Assembly: GCA_039028615.1 (NCBI GenBank)
Contig: JBCCHT010000023.1
Location: 1 to 64,000, forward strand
Source: Myxococcota bacterium
GTDB lineage: Bacteria > Myxococcota_A > Polyangia > Nannocystales > Nannocystaceae
DNA length: 64,000 nt
Direction of reading: 5' to 3'
The position numbers and the translations under genes are program-made. Positions 58,609 to 64,000 of this stretch are shown here, piece by piece; position 1 is the first letter of the stretch, and the number at the start of each line of letters is the position of its first letter. The notes under the pieces were generated by a model that worked only from the letters and a program-made list of their open reading frames with translations, made no database searches and was not told the origin of the DNA.

Positions 58609-60114
58609 TCAGCGATCCATCCACAGGCGGCGATTGACATCGTCGACGGCATCGAGACGCCGTCGATGGCGTCGCTGATCGAGTTCCGACATGTCTTGGA
58701 ACGTCCTGTTCATGTGTCGGTACTGCTGATCGATCTGGCCGCGGATCCGTTCCCGCCGCTCGGCGTGCTCACGCGTGGCCGGGATCCCCTGATGCTCCCG
58801 CAACAGAGCACCGGCCTGCCGCTCGTGGTCACTGAAGCGATCGCGGATGATCTGCGCGGCCCCGGTTCGCTCGTCGTTGGCCTCCAACATCGTCGTCACG
58901 CCACCGACTCGGCGATCCAGCGCATCCTTGAGCGGCTGCAGCCGGCGCTGCGTCGCGTCGTCCAGCGCACCGAAGTGGGTCAACGCCGAGCGGTGCGCGT
59001 GGCGAATCTGGTCGCTGGTGGGGAGGTTCTCCGCTTGCCCCTGCACCAAGCGACTGTGCGCGGTGAGGACCTCGTGGGAGAAGGCCTCGAACTCTCGCGC
59101 GTCCGCGTCGTCGGCGTGCCGCCCCGCTCGGGCCTGACCCGCGTGGACCGACTCGTGCTCGATCGTGTTGACGAGGTTGCCCATCTGGTTGGTACGCGCC
59201 CACTGATCCATCCACTCGCGGTGAATGAAGATCTGCGGACCGTGGGGCCCGGGCACGGTGACCCCGAACGGGTTCCGGCCGCCACGTGAGACCTGCTGCG
59301 GGTCGGCGCCGACGCTCTTGAAGTCGTCGGTCATGCGGATCGACGCGGCGTTGCCGGCCAATCGCAAGTTGCGATGAAGATGAGCGAGCGCCTCGTCGTG
59401 CCGCCCGGCGAGGATCATCCGACGCGCCTCCTCGGCCCGCCCGGCCTCCATCGCATCACGACCACGCAGCTCTCGCTCGGCTTCGAGGCGCTCGTGCTCG
59501 GGCCGGGTGACATCATCGATCACCCGGTTGAGCTGGCGGCGCGAGTGCTCCTCGAACATGCACTGCGCGGGCGCAGGGGCACTCGCCATCGCCCCCGGCA
59601 TGGGGCCGGGCATCGCGGGGCCGCCCACGGGCAAGCGTGCGTCCAGGCCTCGAACCGCCCGATCCCCCAGCGTGTCGGCCTGCTGCTCGAGCGCGTGTTC
59701 GTCGTTGACGGCGACCCCTCCGATCAACCGTGTGACGCCCACGTTCCCCCGCCGTTGTTGCACGACATGGGCGAACTCGTGGGCCAGCACGCGACGCCCC
59801 TGGGCGTCACCCGGCTGCACGCGCCCGGGCGCCAAGTGAATCTCGTTGCGCCGCGTGAACGCGACCGCCCCCACTGCGGCCGCTTCGGCCGAGTCCGGTC
59901 GCAGACGCACATCGGAGAAGTCCTCCCCGAACGCTCGCTCCATGTGCCGCCGCAGGCCGGGCTCGACCGCCTGCCCTCCCCTCGCGCCCGAGACCCGGAT
60001 ATTGCTCAACGAAAACGGGACCCGCGGCACCGCCTCGACGTCCGACGGCTCCGAGGTGGGACTCGGCGTCACGACCGACGGCTCCGGCCTATGTAGTGCT
60101 CGACGCTCGCTCAC
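58609..60114 (-). CDS. DUF4157 (eCIS-core) protein with C-terminal HExxH domain
   Basis: MERAFGEDFSDVR..GAVAFT..LAHEFAHVVQQ..LEQQAD; second motif HESVHAGQ..REFEAF. Confidence 0.85.
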   Translation of the reverse strand: MSERRALHRPEPSVVTPSPTSEPSDVEAVPRVPFSLSNIRVSGARGGQAVEPGLRRHMERAFGEDFSDVRLRPDSAEAAAVGAVAFTRRNEIHLAPGRVQPGDAQGRRVLAHEFAHVVQQRRGNVGVTRLIGGVAVNDEHALEQQADTLGDRAVRGLDARLPVGGPAMPGPMPGAMASAPAPAQCMFEEHSRRQLNRVIDDVTRPEHERLEAERELRGRDAMEAGRAEEARRMILAGRHDEALAHLHRNLRLAGNAASIRMTDDFKSVGADPQQVSRGGRNPFGVTVPGPHGPQIFIHREWMDQWARTNQMGNLVNTIEHESVHAGQARAGRHADDADAREFEAFSHEVLTAHSRLVQGQAENLPTSDQIRHAHRSALTHFGALDDATQRRLQPLKDALDRRVGGVTTMLEANDERTGAAQIIRDRFSDHERQAGALLREHQGIPATREHAERRERIRGQIDQQYRHMNRTFQDMSELDQRRHRRRLDAVDDVNRRLWMDR

Positions 60115-60174
60115 GGGAATCCACCAACGCTCCCATGATACCCCGCGTCCCGAGCATGAGCCCAGGCCCCGGAA

Positions 60175-60591
60175 CTAGATCCGTCGCGCCATTGGCTCGG
60201 GCACGAGCTCCTCGATCGGCGTCTGCAAGTGCGAACGATCGAGAGGGCGCCGGATCCTCCCCGCCAGCTCGGAGAGAACGACGGACGCCTGCACCCCACC
60301 GCGGGACTTTTCGCGCATGAGCTCGACGAGGTCGGCCGGGGTCTGAACGGCGTGGATCTCCGCTTCTTCGGTGGTGAAACCGTGGAGCCCCTCGAAGATC
60401 CAGATCACCTCGGTGACGACGAAGTAGCGGGTCTGGGCGTTGGCATAGCGACGCATCGACAGCCCGAGCTCCCGAAACGAGTGTCCACATTTCGGGCATT
60501 TCGCCTCGAGCAGCACCACGTCTTCGAGCGCCATCGCCAGCGGCGCGGAGCACCCGGGACAATCGAGCCGGACCGGATCGTCGAACTTCAT
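60175..60591 (-). CDS. Zn-ribbon protein with ACP-like helical segment
   Basis: CPGC-x17-CPKC; EVIWIFEGLHGFTTEEAEIHAVQTPADLVELM. Confidence 0.6.
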   Translation of the reverse strand: MKFDDPVRLDCPGCSAPLAMALEDVVLLEAKCPKCGHSFRELGLSMRRYANAQTRYFVVTEVIWIFEGLHGFTTEEAEIHAVQTPADLVELMREKSRGGVQASVVLSELAGRIRRPLDRSHLQTPIEELVPEPMARRI

Positions 60592-60911
60592 TGCTCGCAG
60601 CCGATGCCGTCGTTGTCCCGGTCGAGGCCGTACTCGTCGGGGCCGACCACCGTCACCGGTGCCGCTCCCAGAGCGATGACGTCGGCGCAATCGAGATCGT
60701 CTTCGACGGGCAGGCACGGGTCGTACGACGAGTGACACTGCGGCGTGGGCTCGAGCGTGGTCCCGTCCGTGGTGTCGTCCTCCCCACCGCTGGAGCTGGC
60801 CGCCACCAGGTCATCGTCGGAGAAATCTCGGATGGGGCCCCGCAAACAACCCACGATCTCCGCGCTCAGCAAGAGCACGGCGGCGAAGCGTAGGTGCTGG
60901 CTCGGCGCCAT
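60588..60911 (-). CDS. lipoprotein with excalibur-like Ca-binding domain
   Basis: Lipobox IVGC; DLDCAD..GPDEYGLDRDNDGIGCE. Confidence 0.75.
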   Translation of the reverse strand: MAPSQHLRFAAVLLLSAEIVGCLRGPIRDFSDDDLVAASSSGGEDDTTDGTTLEPTPQCHSSYDPCLPVEDDLDCADVIALGAAPVTVVGPDEYGLDRDNDGIGCEQ

Positions 60912-60968
60912 CACGTCGAGATTTTCAGAACGTCGCAGCCGCAGCAAGGGTTTTCGAGAGGCGCGGGC

Positions 60969-63900
60969 CTACGACTCGAACAGGGCCACGATCCGGGCTT
61001 CATCGGGGTGCGTGAACACGGCCGGATCGGCCAGCGCCCTGCCGTCCAGATGTGCCCGAAGCGCCGCCAGGTCCCGCGTCGTTCGAGCATCGAGATCGAC
61101 ATTCGCCGTCGCCCCGAGCGCCCTGTCCAGCACCTCGCGGGCGGTTTCCCGATCGCCCGTCGCCAACAGCGACAGCGTCGACTCCACGGCCAGCTCACCG
61201 AACCCATAGCCGACCGCCCCCCGCTCGATGGCCTCGTCCAGCACTCGGATCCCGCGGATCTGGGCCCGAGCGTGATCGCCGAGCACATGCATCACGCGAA
61301 CCTCGACGCCCATGAATTCCACCTGCTCCAGGTCCCCGAGCGGGCCATCGCCGACGAGTTCAGCGCGACGCCGCCGAATCTCGTCGACATCGCCGTCCCG
61401 CAGCGCCTGCCGCAGGCGCAGCGCGAGCAGAGTGCTGCCCGCGCTGGCATCGGGTTGCCGCTGGAACAGCGCATCGAGCTGCGCGAGCGCATCGTCGAAG
61501 CGAGGGTCCCCCGCCCGCTCGAACACGTTGACGAGGGTGGCGCTCGGTGCCCCGACCCTCGGGTGGTCCTCCCCGAGCAACCGGTCGGTCCGCTCGATCG
61601 CACTGACGCACGCCCGCTCGGCCTCGGCGTGGCGCCCGGACAGCATCAGGGCTTCACACCGCAGAAGATCGAGGTCCGCCCGCCACGGATGATCTTCGTC
61701 GACCAGCGACTCGCGCAGCGCCTGAGCATCGTCGAGTCGCTTCAGGGCCTGGGTGTAGCGCCCGCGCCGTTGGTCGATGATCGCCAGGTTCTGCACGTTC
61801 ACGGCCGCGTTGCGCTTGGTGCCGAGCCCCCCCTGCACATGCATGCGCAGCGTCTCCTCGAAGATCGCCTCGGCCTCGTCGAGCTTGCCTTGCAATAGGG
61901 TCACCGCCCCCAGGTTGGAGAACGGCACCAGCCGATAGGGATGATCGGGACCCAGCGTGCGCTCGGCCTGCCGCAATGCCCGGCGCAGATACTCTTCGGA
62001 TTCGTTGTGGCGGCCCGGCCAGCGGATGAGCAGCACCCCGAGCTCGTCGTACAGGTTGGCGAGCCGAGGGCTCTCATCACCAAAGAACTCCTGCTCGAGT
62101 TCCATGGCGCCTTGCAGGAGCACCTCGGACTCTTCGAAGTTGCCCGACTCTCGCTCGAGGCGCGCGAACACAAGGCCGTGGATCACCCGCATGCGGCTGG
62201 AGACCAGCCCCTGGGCGACCCGCTGCGCGGCCAACTCGAGCAGGGAGCGGCTCACCGGGTAGCGCCCCACGCCGAGCTCGAGTTCGGCGAGGCGGATCAT
62301 CACCGTGGTCTCCAGCTCCCCACGCCCCGCCTTGGCGGCCAAGGCCATGGCGGAGTGCAGGCTCGCCCGGGCATCGTTCTTGTCGGTGTCGGAGAGTAGC
62401 TGGCCATGCAGCGCGCTCGCCCGGGCCATGCCGTCGATGTCTCCGGCGCTGCGAGCCAACTCGAGCGCGTCGAGAGCAGCCGGGATCCCCTCCTCCCGGC
62501 GCTCGAGGTTGAGAGAGGAGAGGCCATCGGCCAAGTGCGACTCGATCTCCAGCACCGTGTCGCGATCGAGCGGCGCGAGACCGGAGGCCTCGACCGGTTC
62601 GAGGCACTCCTTGGGTGCGGGCAGGCTCACCGCGCTACGGGTCGCGCTGCGAATGGTGGCCGCATCGGAGCGCTGGAGCTGAGTGGTCAACGCGGCCAGT
62701 CGGCGCAAGCGCTTGTCGAGGCAAAGCGACGCGGCCGAGAGCTGGGGCCGGTTGGCGCCCCCGTCGATCGTGGCCCGACACACATCGTGCCGAGCCTCCG
62801 CCCACTCTCCGGCCCAGGCCTCCACCGCCGTCTCAACGCGATCGGCCGTGTCCGCGGCATAGGCCAGCTCGGACGCCACCATGGAGTCCCGAATCTCGCC
62901 CCGTACGGTCGCGTTCCAGACCCCGTCGAGGGCGGGATGGGTCGAGCAGCTCGCGTAGCGTCCCTGGTCGATCTGGTATCCACCCAGACCCACGAGGCCC
63001 GCCGTGGCGACGGCGGCTGCGGCCATGAACCATCGGCGACGGCGTTGATGCGGGTCGTCGGCCAGCGCAGCGAGCAGCTCCCCCATCGACGCGAAGCGCT
63101 CCTCGGCCCGAGGAGCCAGGCCACGAGCGATCACGGCGGCGATCCAGCCCGGCACTCGCTCGGCGTCGAACGATGGTGGGTCCTGCCGTTTCGCGACGAG
63201 CAGCTCTCCGGCGGTGAGCCCATCGAAGGGCCGTCGACCGTGCAGCATCTCGTAGAGCGTCACGCAGAAGGCGTACTGATCGGCTCTCGCGTCGAGCGGG
63301 TCGCCGTTTTGTTGCTCCGGCGACATGTACGGGGGCGTACCCACGACGCTCGACGAGCCGAGCGGGCCCTTCTTCCCCGCCGCCCGGGCGACGTCGACCA
63401 GCCGCGACAAACCGAAGTCCATCACCCGCGGGTGCCCGTCCTCGTCGAACATCACGTTGGACGGCTTGAAGTCCAGGTGCAGGATCCCGCGCTCGTGCGC
63501 CGCACTCAGGCCCCGGCCCGCATCGGCCAGGACCCCCACGATCTCCTGATGACTCCGGGGTGCGGCCTCGACCCATTCTCGTAGCGATGACCCGGGCAAG
63601 AACTCCATCACGATGAACACCCCGCCCGAGGGTGCTTCGCCGACGTCGTACACCGTGGCCACATGGCGATGAACGACCTTGGCCATCGCCCGCGCCTCTT
63701 CGAGTAGATCGATTTCCTGCTCCCCGGCGGTGTCCAGCGTGCGTGCCGGCTCGATGTGCAGCAGCTTGATCGCGACCCGCCGCGCGAGCTCGGGGTCGTA
63801 GGCCTCGTAGACCGTGCCGAACCCACCCTGGCCCACGCGATCGACCACGACGTAGCGCCCCAGCTGCTCCGGCCGCGACTTGGCGGTGCTATCACCGAAG

Positions 63901-64000
63901 AGCAGGCCATCGACCTGGTCGAGCAACGCGATGTCCTGCATCGGATCGGAGCGACCCGCCCGGCGGAGCAATCGACGAAAACGATCGTCGGGGGCCTCTC
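60969..64000 (-). CDS. membrane Ser/Thr kinase with TPR repeats (frame open to window edge)
   Basis: GQGGFG, VAIK, HLDFKPSN, DFG, GTPPYMSPE; TM segment; LGPDHP TPRs. Confidence 0.93.
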   Translation of the reverse strand, partial: EAPDDRFRRLLRRAGRSDPMQDIALLDQVDGLLFGDSTAKSRPEQLGRYVVVDRVGQGGFGTVYEAYDPELARRVAIKLLHIEPARTLDTAGEQEIDLLEEARAMAKVVHRHVATVYDVGEAPSGGVFIVMEFLPGSSLREWVEAAPRSHQEIVGVLADAGRGLSAAHERGILHLDFKPSNVMFDEDGHPRVMDFGLSRLVDVARAAGKKGPLGSSSVVGTPPYMSPEQQNGDPLDARADQYAFCVTLYEMLHGRRPFDGLTAGELLVAKRQDPPSFDAERVPGWIAAVIARGLAPRAEERFASMGELLAALADDPHQRRRRWFMAAAAVATAGLVGLGGYQIDQGRYASCSTHPALDGVWNATVRGEIRDSMVASELAYAADTADRVETAVEAWAGEWAEARHDVCRATIDGGANRPQLSAASLCLDKRLRRLAALTTQLQRSDAATIRSATRSAVSLPAPKECLEPVEASGLAPLDRDTVLEIESHLADGLSSLNLERREEGIPAALDALELARSAGDIDGMARASALHGQLLSDTDKNDARASLHSAMALAAKAGRGELETTVMIRLAELELGVGRYPVSRSLLELAAQRVAQGLVSSRMRVIHGLVFARLERESGNFEESEVLLQGAMELEQEFFGDESPRLANLYDELGVLLIRWPGRHNESEEYLRRALRQAERTLGPDHPYRLVPFSNLGAVTLLQGKLDEAEAIFEETLRMHVQGGLGTKRNAAVNVQNLAIIDQRRGRYTQALKRLDDAQALRESLVDEDHPWRADLDLLRCEALMLSGRHAEAERACVSAIERTDRLLGEDHPRVGAPSATLVNVFERAGDPRFDDALAQLDALFQRQPDASAGSTLLALRLRQALRDGDVDEIRRRRAELVGDGPLGDLEQVEFMGVEVRVMHVLGDHARAQIRGIRVLDEAIERGAVGYGFGELAVESTLSLLATGDRETAREVLDRALGATANVDLDARTTRDLAALRAHLDGRALADPAVFTHPDEARIVALFES

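Overview
High-GC bacterial DNA whose gene content suggests a myxobacterium, probably Nannocystaceae-like (inferred, not established). The window holds 7 Hanks-type Ser/Thr kinases (TPR, WD40 or FG-GAP C-termini), 4 ECF sigma factors and many secreted or lipoprotein genes (astacin, fibrinogen-domain, FG-GAP/hydrolase). It also has a P450, a heme peroxidase, a ThDP enzyme/KAS III pair, a TonB-dependent uptake locus with three MxcI-like lipoproteins, an NhaD antiporter and an orphan DUF4157 protein. The most unusual element is a minus-strand operon of five atypical tRNAs (Thr-CGT, Phe-GAA, Asn-GTT, Lys-TTT, Lys-CTT; 6429-7170). It is preceded by a sigma70-like promoter and a 31-codon thrL-like leader ORF (MKRTTTKTHTTTN...) enriched in the same four amino acids, so it is a candidate translation-sensing, leader-controlled accessory tRNA operon. 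Other oddities are a 13x GATC cluster beside a SIR2/TPR relic, an internally deleted pseudogene and an in-frame amber stop in an ATP-grasp gene. All family calls come from motif recognition by eye; no searches were run.
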